DNA of 60,554 bases, filler included. It is 7 parts of 7 records of this genome, joined end to end, with 100 filler letters (N's around TTAATTAATTAA, not from the genome) between each part and the next. Parts side by side here need not be neighbours in the genome. Positions count along the whole stretch, not along the records: positions 1 to 12,853 come from SRR31156797_51022; 6 more parts are not named here. One strand, 5' to 3'. Position numbers and translations under genes: made by a program. Of this stretch, positions 1 to 9,699 are shown piece after piece; within the stretch, counting starts at the first letter, position 1; each line of letters starts with the position of its first letter. A model generated the notes under the pieces. That model worked only from the letters and a program-made list of their open reading frames with translations, did not search any database and was not told the DNA's origin.

Positions 1-1
1 C

Positions 2-658
2 AACCGCGGCCTGCAGTTCCTCGACCTGATTCAGGAAGGTAACATCGGACTGATGAAGGCGGTTGATAAGTTCGAATACCAGCGTGGATACAAGTTCTCC
101 ACCTACGCAACATGGTGGATCAGACAGGCCATCACCCGCGCTATTGCGGACCAGGCCCGTACTATCCGTATCCCGGTCCATATGATTGAGACCATTAACA
201 AGCTGATCCGTACCTCCCGTTACCTCGTGCAGGAATTGGGACGCGATCCTTCTCCGGAAGAAATTGCAGAGCGTATGGATTATCCGCTGGAAAAAGTTAA
301 GAAAGTACTCAAGATTGCCAAGGAACCCATTTCTCTTGAAACACCCATCGGTGATGAAGAGGATTCGAGTCTCGGCGATTTTATTGAAGATAAGAAGGCC
401 GCAGCGCCTGCCGAAGAGGTGGTCAGCACCAAACTCGGCGAGCAGATTGCGACTGTCTTGTCCGACCTTACCCCCCGTGAGGAGCAGGTCCTTCGTAAGC
501 GGTTCGGCATCGGCGAAAAATCCGATCATACTCTTGAAGAGGTTGGTAAGCTGTTTAACGTTACCCGTGAGCGTATCAGGCAGATTGAGGCCAAGGCCTT
601 AAGAAAGCTGCGCCATCCTGTTCGCAGCGCTTCACTGCGTTCCTACTACGAAAATTAA
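2..658 (+). CDS. rpoD: RNA polymerase primary sigma factor (5'-truncated)
   Basis: Frame reads [59 protein letters not shown] (regions 2.2-2.4) and [28 protein letters not shown] (region 4.2). Confidence 0.97.
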   Translation, partial: NRGLQFLDLIQEGNIGLMKAVDKFEYQRGYKFSTYATWWIRQAITRAIADQARTIRIPVHMIETINKLIRTSRYLVQELGRDPSPEEIAERMDYPLEKVKKVLKIAKEPISLETPIGDEEDSSLGDFIEDKKAAAPAEEVVSTKLGEQIATVLSDLTPREEQVLRKRFGIGEKSDHTLEEVGKLFNVTRERIRQIEAKALRKLRHPVRSASLRSYYEN

Positions 659-665
659 AATAAGA

Positions 666-699
666 GAGCGGTACGGATTGTTGTCCGTGCCGCTTTTTT
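666..699 (+). terminator. Intrinsic terminator after rpoD
   Basis: Stem GAGCGGTACGGA / TCCGTGCCGCTT with a 6-nt loop, followed by a T-run. Confidence 0.8.
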
Positions 700-941
700 A
701 TATGATGTAGAGACAGCAAGCTTCTGGTTCTGTGGGAAGGACCGGATGCGGGGCATCTATTACCTTTACGCGAGGTAGGAATAGTGAGGTTCCGGCTCCG
801 GCTGTCCCTGTGTGCCGATTTTAGTGTTAGGTTTATTAAATTCATAGATTTGAATTAACTTAAAATAAATATGAATTTATTTTAAGTGCGCCGCACTAGT
901 TGTCCCGGCCAAACGCTTTAAGATTTGAGGATGAATATCTG

Positions 942-1901
942 ATGGACAATTCTACTGTTTTGTTTCTTGTACCTGTTATTGCACTTGTCCTTGATCTCGT
1001 TTTAGGAGATCCCAAGTGGTTCCCCCATCCCGTACGTTACATCGGAATGGCTCTCGACAAGTACAAAAACTGGGTTTTCTCCACCGGCATGTCCCGTAAA
1101 ATTATGGGCGGCGTAGGTGTATTGGGTTTCGCTATAGTGGTCTGGAGCGTGCTCAAGATTTTTCTGGCAATTCCCTTCATCGGTGTGTTGATTGCTCTTT
1201 ATCTCGCTTATGCAGGTCTTGCCCTCGGCTCCCTGCTTAATGAGCACAAGAATGCTGCTGCCCTGCTGGATAGCGGCAAAATCGAAGATGCCCGTTCTGC
1301 AATTGCTGAACTGGTCAGCCGTGATGTATCCGAGCTGGATGAAAACGGTCTGCGTAAGGCTCTTGCTGAATCCACCAGTGAAAACTTGAATGATGGTTTC
1401 GTTGCTCCCTTCTTTTATCTCGTAGTTACCGGTCCTGCCGGAATGTGGGTTTACAAAACCATCTCCACCATGGATTCCATGTGGGGCTACAAGAATGAAG
1501 AGTTCAAGGAGTTCGGTTACTATGCAGCCAAGGCTGATGATGTACTGGCTTTTATCCCCGCACGTATCACCGGTTTCATGATGCTGGCAGCAGGCCGTAT
1601 TATGAAGCTCGACTGGGAATCAGCTTATGACAATCTTATCGAAGATGCCAACAAGACCGAAAGCCCCAATGCCGGTTGGTCCATGGCTCCTGCAGCGTGG
1701 CTGCTCGGTGCTTCCATGGGTGGCAAGGCTGTATACTTCGGTGAAGAAAAAGAAAAGCCCGTTCTCGGCCCTGAAGGCGGTGAATGGACTTCTTTGAAGC
1801 TGAAGAGACTTGGTGCTCTGGTAATGACCACCGCAATCTTCTCCGCTGTTCTGCTCGACATTTACTTTGTAATGGTCTGGGCGTCCGGCGTAGTTCACTA
1901 G
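942..1901 (+). CDS. cbiB: Adenosylcobinamide-phosphate synthase CbiB/CobD
   Basis: LDLVLGDP..PHPV, SRD, ES.SENL.DG..APFFY, YK..STMDSMWGY and SPNAGW motifs. Start moved to ATG 942 behind GAGGA. Confidence 0.93.
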   Translation: MDNSTVLFLVPVIALVLDLVLGDPKWFPHPVRYIGMALDKYKNWVFSTGMSRKIMGGVGVLGFAIVVWSVLKIFLAIPFIGVLIALYLAYAGLALGSLLNEHKNAAALLDSGKIEDARSAIAELVSRDVSELDENGLRKALAESTSENLNDGFVAPFFYLVVTGPAGMWVYKTISTMDSMWGYKNEEFKEFGYYAAKADDVLAFIPARITGFMMLAAGRIMKLDWESAYDNLIEDANKTESPNAGWSMAPAAWLLGASMGGKAVYFGEEKEKPVLGPEGGEWTSLKLKRLGALVMTTAIFSAVLLDIYFVMVWASGVVH

Positions 1902-1929
1902 AAATTAATCAGCCTTCAAGCTGACATTG

Positions 1930-1965
1930 AGCCGGAATTCCATATGGGGTTCCGGCTTTTTTTTT
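1930..1965 (+). terminator. Intrinsic terminator after cbiB
   Basis: AGCCGGAA...TTCCGGCT stem followed by a T-run. Confidence 0.85.
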
Positions 1966-2055
1966 GAGTTTTTCTGCGTATCATCCTTTTAAATTTTTAC
2001 CCTACCCAAATGGCTTTAATCCGTATAAAAAGAATAAAAAAATACGGAGCCTTTC

Positions 2056-4038
2056 ATGTTGCAGGATTCATATAGAAATCGTGTTGTGCTGGGTGTTTTA
2101 ATTCTGGCGATATGTGTTTTTGCCGGAATCTGTTTTTATGCTTTTGATTCATCTCTTGCCAAACCGGAGAACTCCTATTTGGCCGCGCATCCAAAAGCGC
2201 GTTGGATTAAACTTGACCTGCCTTTCCGGCTTAATGCCCGCAATAAAGGTTCTGAAATGACCCTTTTTCGCCATAAGCTCGAGCTTAAGGAGCGTACGGA
2301 TATCAGCTTGCACCTGAAGGCTTTCCGGGGGGGCGGAATCTGGCTGGATGGTATGCCTCTTCGTAAATTTGACGGTAATTTTGATAATTGGCGCGACGAG
2401 ATTGTTGTTGATCTGCCGGAACTTAAAGCCGGAAAACATGAATTGAAAATTGCGGTGATCAATGAAAATGCACATCCGGCTTTGCTGCTCTGGGCGAAAG
2501 GTGCGGGAGTTGACGCTTTAGATATTTCCACTCCTAATGGGTGGGAAGCCAGTCGTGATGATTTTGTTTGGAATCCAGCTGTAGATGCTGCAAAATCAGG
2601 TTTGTTACCTCTCACTAATGAATTTGAACGATCAGATCAAGCCCTGCTGGCATCTTTGCCGCTTATGTTGCCTTTGTTTCTTTTAGGGGCTGGTTTTGTC
2701 TGGATGCGTGAGGGCGGGAAGGGACCTGCATTTATTCGCAGTTTTGATCTATCTCCTGCACATTTCAGATTTATCCTTCTGGGATTATGGGCGATCCTGG
2801 CGGTTAATAACTTTCATGATCTGCCACTTAAACTTGGGATGGATTCAGTAGGGCATTTTAAATATATTGAATATGTTGCCGAAAATTTCAGTCTGCCTAG
2901 TCCTCTTGAAGGGTGGCAGATGTTTCAACCTCCACTCTACTATATTATTTCCGCAGCATTTTATAAATTTTTGCTCCTGTTTATGGATGTTGAAAGTGTT
3001 CTTTATTGGTTGCGCTTTATCCCGCTAGCCTGTGGCGCGATCATGATTGAAGTCTGTTACCGTTGTTCAGCAGTTGTTTTCAAGGAAGACCGTTTTGTCT
3101 TGATTTCAGCCACCTTGATCGGTGGATTCATGCCCATGAACTTTGTCATGGCTCAATTTTGGGGCAATGAACCGCTAGCGGCTGTCTTTTCAGGGCTGAC
3201 CATCTTAATGTGTCTGATTATTGTTAAGGAGCAGGACAGACGAGGTTTTAGGGATTTTGCTCAGCTTGGTCTTTGTCTCGGCCTGGCAATTGTGAGCAAA
3301 GCCACCTGCACTCTTTTGATTCCACTGGTTTTCATTTTTGTACTTTTGCCTTTAATGGCAGATAAAAGCGATTCCTCAACTGATAAAGTCAGCTGCATCA
3401 GGGGAGTTCTCTTGAGTTTGATAACAACCACAGTCATCGGCGGCTGGTACTACCTGCGGAATTGGGCCAGTTACGGCAAATTGTTTGTCGGTGGTTGGGA
3501 TGAGATTCGTGAAATCAGCTGGTGGCAGGATCACGGCTACCGTATCTGGGAGCATTTCAGCAGCTTTGGAAGTTCTATTCTCAAACCGGTATATTCAACA
3601 ACTGACGGACTCTGGGACGGGCTGTATTCCACTCTCTGGCTGGACGCGAATCTCAGTGGGGTGAGCAAGTTTACGAGCAGGCCGCCGTGGGATGATCAGT
3701 TGATGATGGCAACGGCATTGCTGGCCTTAGTCCCGTCAATTATGGTTCTGGGCGGAATAGGGCGTACATTTTACAAGCCCGTGAGGTCAGTCTTTGATGG
3801 GCGTATGTTTCTCGTAGCCTGCATAATTGTTTATTTTACCGCTGAAGCATATCTCTATCTTAATTTACCCGTCTACAGCACTGCCAAGGCAAGCTACACC
3901 CTTGGTCTGTTACCTTGCTATGGAATTTTAGCAATGGCAGGCATCAAGCCGTTGCTGAAAAATATCTACGTTAAGTCGGCTTTATGTGGCTTTCTAACGG
4001 TCTGGGGAGCTACGGTTTACCTGACCTATTTCGTATAA
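2056..4038 (+). CDS. Polytopic membrane protein, probable GT-C (ArnT/PMT-like) glycosyltransferase with an N-terminal extracytoplasmic domain
   Basis: N-terminal anchor, ~170 aa soluble beta-rich segment, then many TM helices with D..GH..YI.Y and QPPLYY motifs typical of GT-C fold proteins. Confidence 0.6.
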   Translation: MLQDSYRNRVVLGVLILAICVFAGICFYAFDSSLAKPENSYLAAHPKARWIKLDLPFRLNARNKGSEMTLFRHKLELKERTDISLHLKAFRGGGIWLDGMPLRKFDGNFDNWRDEIVVDLPELKAGKHELKIAVINENAHPALLLWAKGAGVDALDISTPNGWEASRDDFVWNPAVDAAKSGLLPLTNEFERSDQALLASLPLMLPLFLLGAGFVWMREGGKGPAFIRSFDLSPAHFRFILLGLWAILAVNNFHDLPLKLGMDSVGHFKYIEYVAENFSLPSPLEGWQMFQPPLYYIISAAFYKFLLLFMDVESVLYWLRFIPLACGAIMIEVCYRCSAVVFKEDRFVLISATLIGGFMPMNFVMAQFWGNEPLAAVFSGLTILMCLIIVKEQDRRGFRDFAQLGLCLGLAIVSKATCTLLIPLVFIFVLLPLMADKSDSSTDKVSCIRGVLLSLITTTVIGGWYYLRNWASYGKLFVGGWDEIREISWWQDHGYRIWEHFSSFGSSILKPVYSTTDGLWDGLYSTLWLDANLSGVSKFTSRPPWDDQLMMATALLALVPSIMVLGGIGRTFYKPVRSVFDGRMFLVACIIVYFTAEAYLYLNLPVYSTAKASYTLGLLPCYGILAMAGIKPLLKNIYVKSALCGFLTVWGATVYLTYFV

Positions 4039-4041
4039 AAG

Positions 4042-4075
4042 AAAATGGCGACTTGAAAAAACAAGTCGCCATTTT
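4042..4075. terminator. Bidirectional terminator between convergent genes
   Basis: Perfect stem AAAATGGCGACTTG / CAAGTCGCCATTTT. Confidence 0.85.
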
Positions 4076-4113
4076 ACTTTTAATATGTACGCCTTACCAA
4101 GCTAGCCTATATC

Positions 4114-4191
4114 AAAACTATTAAAAAGTTTTGGGATTCTTAAACTCTTTTCCCAAAAGGGTTTAAGCCCCCGAAGGGCCGCCGGAGGCAT
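4114..4191. repeat. Intergenic palindromic (REP-like) element
   Basis: Stems CTTAAACTCTTTT/AAAAGGGTTTAAG and GCCC/GGGC, ending GCCGCCGGAGGCA. A related start (AAACTA..GGGATTC) recurs at the contig end near 12825-12853. Confidence 0.55.
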
Positions 4192-4196
4192 TCATT

Positions 4197-5000
4197 TTAT
4201 TTCTTCCCGAGTTCTATGCTGCGTTCATAGCTTTTGCGTACCGCATCAATGATATTGCCGCGGGTGGCAGTGCGGTCCAGATGCACGAGGGCTTTAACGG
4301 TAGTTCCCGCTGGGGAGGTCACCATTTCGCGCAGATGTGCAACATGCAGCTTACTTTCCTGAGCCAATGTAGTCGAACCTTCAAAGAGTTTCTCAACCAT
4401 GCCGCGAGCTAGGTCGCGAGGCAGGCCGAGTTCTACTGCTGATTCAATCATGGCATCCATGAAGTAGAAGACGTAAGCGGGACCGGAACCGATTACTGCT
4501 GTGAAACTGTCAAACAGATTCTCTGCGAGTACGTGGACATCGCCCAGAGGTGTGAACATTTCACTTGTAAAAGAGCGTTGGTCTTCGCTCAAGTGGGTGT
4601 CGTCAAGGCAGACAGCAAATACCCCTGCGTTAACAAGAGCAGGTGTGTTGGGCATAACCCGGACAACTGCACATCTGTTCTCGCATAGTTCCCTGAGCTG
4701 GCTTACTGTGAGTCCGGCGGCGATGGAAATCACGCATTTGGACTCATTGAGCTCGGGAGCAATGTCTTCCAGAACTGCGGGGGCGTGCTGGGGTTTGACC
4801 GCCAGCACAATAAAGTCGGATTCCTTGGCAAGATCGCGGGCATTTTCACTCTGGGTGAGTCCGGTCTCTTCAGCAAGGGCTTTCAGTGCCGCTTTGTTCA
4901 GGTCTGAGCCAAGCAGGTTGATGCTGTCATCGCCAGCCATTCCTCTGATTATGGCGGCGCCCATGTTGCCTGTGCCGATAAATCCAACTTTTTTAGTCAT
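4197..5000 (-). CDS. proC: Pyrroline-5-carboxylate reductase
   Basis: GFIGTGNMG, LAVKPQ, VRVMPNTP, GSGPAY and VTSPAGTT motifs. Confidence 0.97.
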   Translation of the reverse strand: MTKKVGFIGTGNMGAAIIRGMAGDDSINLLGSDLNKAALKALAEETGLTQSENARDLAKESDFIVLAVKPQHAPAVLEDIAPELNESKCVISIAAGLTVSQLRELCENRCAVVRVMPNTPALVNAGVFAVCLDDTHLSEDQRSFTSEMFTPLGDVHVLAENLFDSFTAVIGSGPAYVFYFMDAMIESAVELGLPRDLARGMVEKLFEGSTTLAQESKLHVAHLREMVTSPAGTTVKALVHLDRTATRGNIIDAVRKSYERSIELGKK

Positions 5001-5001
5001 A

Positions 5002-5421
5002 TTAGTTTACCATTTCGAGGTTGCTGAAGAAGTAGGGTACTTCAATAGCTGCGGTTTCGGGAGCATCGGAGCCGTGGCATGCGTTAGCTTCGATTCCAGC
5101 GCCGAAAGCCTTGCGGATGGTACCTTCTGCTGCTTCATTAGGGTTAGTGGCACCCATGAGGTCACGGTAACGCTTGATGGCATCTTCGCCTTCAAGAACG
5201 GAAACAACACAGGGGCCGGAAATCATGAACTCAACCAGTTCACCGAAGAAAGGACGCTCTTTGTGTACAGCGTAGAAACCTTCGGCCTGAGTCTGAGTCA
5301 TGTGGATCATCTTGGTTGCCTTGATTTTCAGGCCTGCGTCAGTGATCATTTTAAGGATGTCACCGATTTTGCCGTCTTTAACTGCATCAGGTTTGATGAT
5401 GGAAAAAGTAAGTTCGCTCAT
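5002..5421 (-). CDS. ndk: Nucleoside diphosphate kinase
   Basis: [31 protein letters not shown] and NACHGSD (catalytic His). Confidence 0.98.
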   Translation of the reverse strand: MSELTFSIIKPDAVKDGKIGDILKMITDAGLKIKATKMIHMTQTQAEGFYAVHKERPFFGELVEFMISGPCVVSVLEGEDAIKRYRDLMGATNPNEAAEGTIRKAFGAGIEANACHGSDAPETAAIEVPYFFSNLEMVN

Positions 5422-5506
5422 TGTTTAAGTCCTCCAAGTGTATTCTTTTTGCGTATTATCGCATTTCTCAGGTTTTACCCTGAACGGGAAGTTCATGTTG
5501 CCGGGA

Positions 5507-6319
5507 TCAGGAAAAAAGCATCCTGTCCGTGGCTACATCCTCGCCGCGAAGGGAGTAGAATCGATCAAGAAGATCTTCCACTTTAAGCCCCTTCTTCTCC
5601 TTCCCGGAAATATCCAGAATTATCATGCCCTGATGGAACATGATTAGTCTATCGCCCATGTTGATGGCCTGATTCATATTATGGGTAACCATAAGCGTGG
5701 TCAGGTTGTCACGACGCACAACGGCGTCGGTTATATCAAGAATTTTGCGTCCTGTCTTGGGGTCAAGTGCGGCTGTATGCTCATCCAGTAATAAAATGTC
5801 AGGCCTTGTCATTGTTGCCATGAGCATAGTTAGAGCCTGTCTCTGTCCACCGGACAGCAGTCCAACCTTATCCGCCAGTCTATTTTCAAGCCCAAGACCG
5901 AGAGTCGCAAGCTGCTCTTGGAACAGCTCCCGGTCGCGTGTTTTTACGCCTAAGCCCAGTCCTCTGCGTTTGCCTCGCTTGAGGGCTAGAGCCATGTTTT
6001 GTTCAATTGAAAGTGAACCGCAGGTACCAAGCAGCGGGTCCTGAAATACTCGTCCCAGATTGGCGGCACGTTTGTGTTCCGGCCATTTGGTTACATTTTT
6101 GCCTGCGATGGAAATTGTTCCGCTGCTGAGCATGAAAGTTCCGGCAACAGAGTTCAGGAAAGTTGATTTTCCGGCTCCATTGGAACCGATGACGGTGATG
6201 AATTCACCTGCATTGACTTTGAGGTCCACACCGCGCAGGGCCTGAACTTCATTAACGCTGTCCGGGTTGAAGGTCATGGCTGCTTTTTCGACCCAAAGCA
6301 TGTGGTTCTGACGATTCAT
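5507..6319 (-). CDS. ABC transporter ATP-binding protein
   Basis: Walker A GSNGAGKST, signature LSGGQRQ, Walker B LLLDEH. Confidence 0.95.
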   Translation of the reverse strand: MNRQNHMLWVEKAAMTFNPDSVNEVQALRGVDLKVNAGEFITVIGSNGAGKSTFLNSVAGTFMLSSGTISIAGKNVTKWPEHKRAANLGRVFQDPLLGTCGSLSIEQNMALALKRGKRRGLGLGVKTRDRELFQEQLATLGLGLENRLADKVGLLSGGQRQALTMLMATMTRPDILLLDEHTAALDPKTGRKILDITDAVVRRDNLTTLMVTHNMNQAINMGDRLIMFHQGMIILDISGKEKKGLKVEDLLDRFYSLRGEDVATDRMLFS

Positions 6320-7221
6320 TAGGCAGCCCTCCTTTTGAGGAGACCTGATTTAATCTGCGGGGAGACCAGTGCTACTACGACCAGTGCGGCGGTAACAAGG
6401 TTCAGGTCACTGGGAGTGAAGGCGAAGTCGCCGAGACGTACGCCAAGGGCCAGAGCAATAGCAATACGGTAAATTACAGAACCGAGCAGGGCGGATAGCA
6501 TGGCCCGGGTTACATTGGGTTTGCCGAAAAGGGTTTCCCCGATGATAACTGAAGCAAGACCTGCGATAATGGTCCCGATCCCCATGTTAACGTCGGCAGC
6601 ACCTTGATTCTGGGCCACCAGTGCACCGGAAAGGGCAACCATGCCGTTTGAAAGGCCCACGCCGAAGATGATCATCATATCGCGGTTAACGCCGAGGCTG
6701 GTGATCATTTTGGGGTTGTCCCCGGTGGCAAGCATTGCCAGCCCGAAAGATGTTTTCAAGAACCAGATCAGTGCCAGCAGGGCAGCACCGGAAATAATCG
6801 CAAAAAGTATGGGGGTAGAAAAGTGGGGCGCCAGTCCGCTCAGTTCAATGAACTGGTCGATGAGGGTGTCCTCGCCGAGCAGGGTCATGTTTGGCCTGCC
6901 CATGATGCGGATGTTGATGGAGTAGAGGGAGATCATGGTCAGGATGGAAGCCAGCAGGTGCAGGATTTTGAATTTGGTATTCAATATTCCGGTCACCGCC
7001 CCGGCAAGAAAACCGGCCCCCACAGCCATGCTCATGCCCACAAGGGGATGGTAGCCGTTGCTGATGGCAACAGCCGAGACCGCGGCTCCCAGAGGCAGGC
7101 TGCCGTCAACTGTGAGGTCAGGGAAATCCAGTACCCGGAAAGTAAGGTACACACCTAAAACCATGAGCCCGAAAGCAGTTCCCTGCTCAATGGCTCCCAT
7201 AAATGCATATAAACTGATCAT
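6319..7221 (-). CDS. ABC transporter permease (putative aromatic amino acid type)
   Basis: Hydrophobic, with FRVLDFPDLTVDGS and GLASVIIGE motifs. Overlaps the ATPase start. Confidence 0.9.
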   Translation of the reverse strand: MISLYAFMGAIEQGTAFGLMVLGVYLTFRVLDFPDLTVDGSLPLGAAVSAVAISNGYHPLVGMSMAVGAGFLAGAVTGILNTKFKILHLLASILTMISLYSINIRIMGRPNMTLLGEDTLIDQFIELSGLAPHFSTPILFAIISGAALLALIWFLKTSFGLAMLATGDNPKMITSLGVNRDMMIIFGVGLSNGMVALSGALVAQNQGAADVNMGIGTIIAGLASVIIGETLFGKPNVTRAMLSALLGSVIYRIAIALALGVRLGDFAFTPSDLNLVTAALVVVALVSPQIKSGLLKRRAA

Positions 7222-7258
7222 GATATGTTAAACTTATTTTTTAGTGGGAAGCGCAAAT

Positions 7259-7288
7259 AAAAAAAGGCGCAGAATGTACTGCGCCTTT
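7259..7288 (-). terminator. Hairpin/terminator between SBP and permease
   Basis: AAAGGCGCAG / CTGCGCCTTT stem with an A-run on + (T-run on -). Confidence 0.7.
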
Positions 7289-7316
7289 AACTCTTATACG
7301 GAAGATTTGCAAATAT

Positions 7317-8267
7317 TTACTTAATCACCTTGTCGGCCCGATCCATGACCTGCTTGGGAATTTTCACTCCCATTTTAGCTGCTGCCTTCTCGTTAACGAA
7401 GAGGCGCAGGTTCTGGAGAGTTTCAACAGGCATGTCAGCAGGTTTGGCTTTGCCGCCGAGAATGCGGGCAGCCATGTCAGCGGTCTGCAGTCCCATGCGA
7501 TAGTAATCGACAGCCAGTGCTGCTACTGTTCCGCGCTCTACTGAATCAGTATCAGCGGAGAATATGGGCAGCTTATTCTGGCGGCATACTTTGATGGCTG
7601 CTTCAAGTCCGGAGACAACAGTGTTGTCCAGCGGGATATAGACAGCGTCACATTTGCCTACAAGGCTCTTGGCGGCCTGATAAACTCCGCTGGAGTTGGC
7701 AATGGATGCTTCTTCAACTTTGATTCCGAAATCTTTGCAGACTTCTTTGAGCAGGTTGGTCAGCACGATGGAGTTGGCTTCTCCTGCGTTGTAGATAGTA
7801 CCGATGGTTTTGACTTCGGGCATGAATTCTTTGATCAGTTCTACCTGACGCAGAACCGGACTCATGTCAGTCATACCGGAAATGTTTTTACCGGGAAGCA
7901 TAAGGCTTTTGACAAGTCCTGCAGCTACGGGATCGGTAACACCGGTGAAGAGTACTGGAATATCCTTGATCTTTTGGGCCACGGCCTGTGAAGACGGGGT
8001 GGTGATGGTCAGAACCAGATCTGGGTTTTCGCCTTTGATCTGGTTGGCAATTTGGATGTTGGTAGCCTGATTACCCTGAGCGATATGCTCATTGTAAATT
8101 ACGTCGAACCCGGCTTCTTTAAGCCTGTCTTTAAAACCGTCCCTCATGGCATCAAGGGATGGGTGTTCTACAATCTGAGAAATAGAAACGGTGTAAGTCT
8201 GGGCGGAGTGGATGACGGGAACCGTCACCATGAACAGAAGTACGAGAAATAGGAGGATTTTTTTCAT
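7317..8267 (-). CDS. ABC transporter substrate-binding protein (ABC_sub_bind family)
   Basis: Signal peptide. QIVEHPSLD, VTDPVAAGLV and DNTV motifs. Confidence 0.9.
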   Translation of the reverse strand: MKKILLFLVLLFMVTVPVIHSAQTYTVSISQIVEHPSLDAMRDGFKDRLKEAGFDVIYNEHIAQGNQATNIQIANQIKGENPDLVLTITTPSSQAVAQKIKDIPVLFTGVTDPVAAGLVKSLMLPGKNISGMTDMSPVLRQVELIKEFMPEVKTIGTIYNAGEANSIVLTNLLKEVCKDFGIKVEEASIANSSGVYQAAKSLVGKCDAVYIPLDNTVVSGLEAAIKVCRQNKLPIFSADTDSVERGTVAALAVDYYRMGLQTADMAARILGGKAKPADMPVETLQNLRLFVNEKAAAKMGVKIPKQVMDRADKVIK

Positions 8268-8431
8268 CCTGATACAACCCTTTATTGAAAATTATTTAAT
8301 AAAATGAATCTGCCCTTAAAATGACACTTAAGTCAAGACAGGATCAAAATTATTTTTTACAATTATAGATTTAGCCGCAGATTTAAATCCCGGCTTCATG
8401 GCAATTTTACGATAGCTGCATGTCACGGGGC

Positions 8432-9682
8432 TTAGCCATTGGGACGCAACGAACTTACCGGAACAATCCTGATTTTACTCCTGTTCTCGGCAACCCATTG
8501 ACGGATAGCCTTGAGAGTCTCGTGGTTCGGATGTCCGATAGCAATGGCTTGTCCTTTTTTACGGGCTATTTTTGCAGCCTTGGAAAGCTGGTATTTGATT
8601 GCACCGATATCCTTAACGTTATCAAGGAAAATATTGCGTTCGTAGAAAACTACTCCAGCCTTGGATGCTGCTCTGCGACCAGCGCTTTTGGGAGTGGTCC
8701 GGCTGTCGAGGAAAAACAACTGCTTTTTATGTAGTTGTTTCAGGGCAACAAGCATGCCACTGTAATTTTCCGTGAAGCTTGAACCCATGTGGTTGTTCAG
8801 TCCGGTGGCACCGGGTACTTTGGATATAGCCGCAAGGGTTATCCGGCTGATTTTGTCAGCGTTCATGCCTACTAACAGGGCATCTGTACCGGGATTTACC
8901 TTAGGATATCCTTTGGGCTGCATGGGCAGGTGGACCATGATTTCATTGCCGCTTTTCTTTGCAATGGCAATGGTCTTCTTCACATGGGAGCTGTTGGGCC
9001 AGATGGAAAAAGTTATTTTCGCATCCAGAGCAGCTAACCCTTTGGCAAGTCTTAGGTCCTCGCCCATGTCATCGATTACAATAGCCAGTTTTGGTGCGTT
9101 GGGATCGAGCTTGGCCGGTGCTGGTTTTTGCTTTTTGGCCGCCGGAGTGAATATTGAAAACTTATGGGTTGGGACGCCATTGATGCTGATCAACCATTTG
9201 CCAGCAGCAACCTCGTGCAGACTTGCGTTGAGTGCGGTTGACTCCAATCCTTTTTGCACATCGGCAAGGAATACCTTTTTATCACCTGCTACAGGAAAGC
9301 TGAGTTGTTGGAAGTGGTAATCACGACCCTGATGCTTCTTCAAAGAAACATCTTCCAAGCGCAGGTCGCTCATGGAAATCTTGGCGGATTTCAAGGTGTT
9401 GATCAGGCTCAAGTCGACTTGTTTTACCAGATCGTCGAGGTCTCCTTCCATGGGTTCTTCATACAGAGGAGTAGAATTGGTAGCACTCAGCTCAGGTGAT
9501 TCAACAGAGGCATTACTCTCTGGTGACCCGGAAACGAGTAGCGTGATTATAAGGCAGATGGATGCCGCAGCCGCAATAGTCAGGATTGCAAAGGCTACAG
9601 GCTTGGAAAGATAAGCCCGAAATCCCGGCTTGGTTTCCGGGAATTCGGGCTGTTCATTTTGTTCGGGATTATGCTGATCCAC
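8432..9682 (-). CDS. Divergent polysaccharide deacetylase family protein
   Basis: AIVIDDMG, HLPMQP, NNHMGS, FLDSRT and AIGHP motifs. Typical position downstream of ctpA. Confidence 0.92.
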   Translation of the reverse strand: MDQHNPEQNEQPEFPETKPGFRAYLSKPVAFAILTIAAAASICLIITLLVSGSPESNASVESPELSATNSTPLYEEPMEGDLDDLVKQVDLSLINTLKSAKISMSDLRLEDVSLKKHQGRDYHFQQLSFPVAGDKKVFLADVQKGLESTALNASLHEVAAGKWLISINGVPTHKFSIFTPAAKKQKPAPAKLDPNAPKLAIVIDDMGEDLRLAKGLAALDAKITFSIWPNSSHVKKTIAIAKKSGNEIMVHLPMQPKGYPKVNPGTDALLVGMNADKISRITLAAISKVPGATGLNNHMGSSFTENYSGMLVALKQLHKKQLFFLDSRTTPKSAGRRAASKAGVVFYERNIFLDNVKDIGAIKYQLSKAAKIARKKGQAIAIGHPNHETLKAIRQWVAENRSKIRIVPVSSLRPNG

Positions 9683-9699
9683 TTTGATAAACCTTGGTG

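Noticed and set aside
710-808. Cobalamin riboswitch upstream of cbiB
   Set aside because: Only a GGGAAG match. The remaining B12-box elements are not found, so it is kept only as an unknown structured RNA.
4501-5586. 361-aa plus-strand ORF (and similar ones at 10150-11058 and 19384-20205)
   Set aside because: Antisense to well-supported genes, with no recognisable domain.
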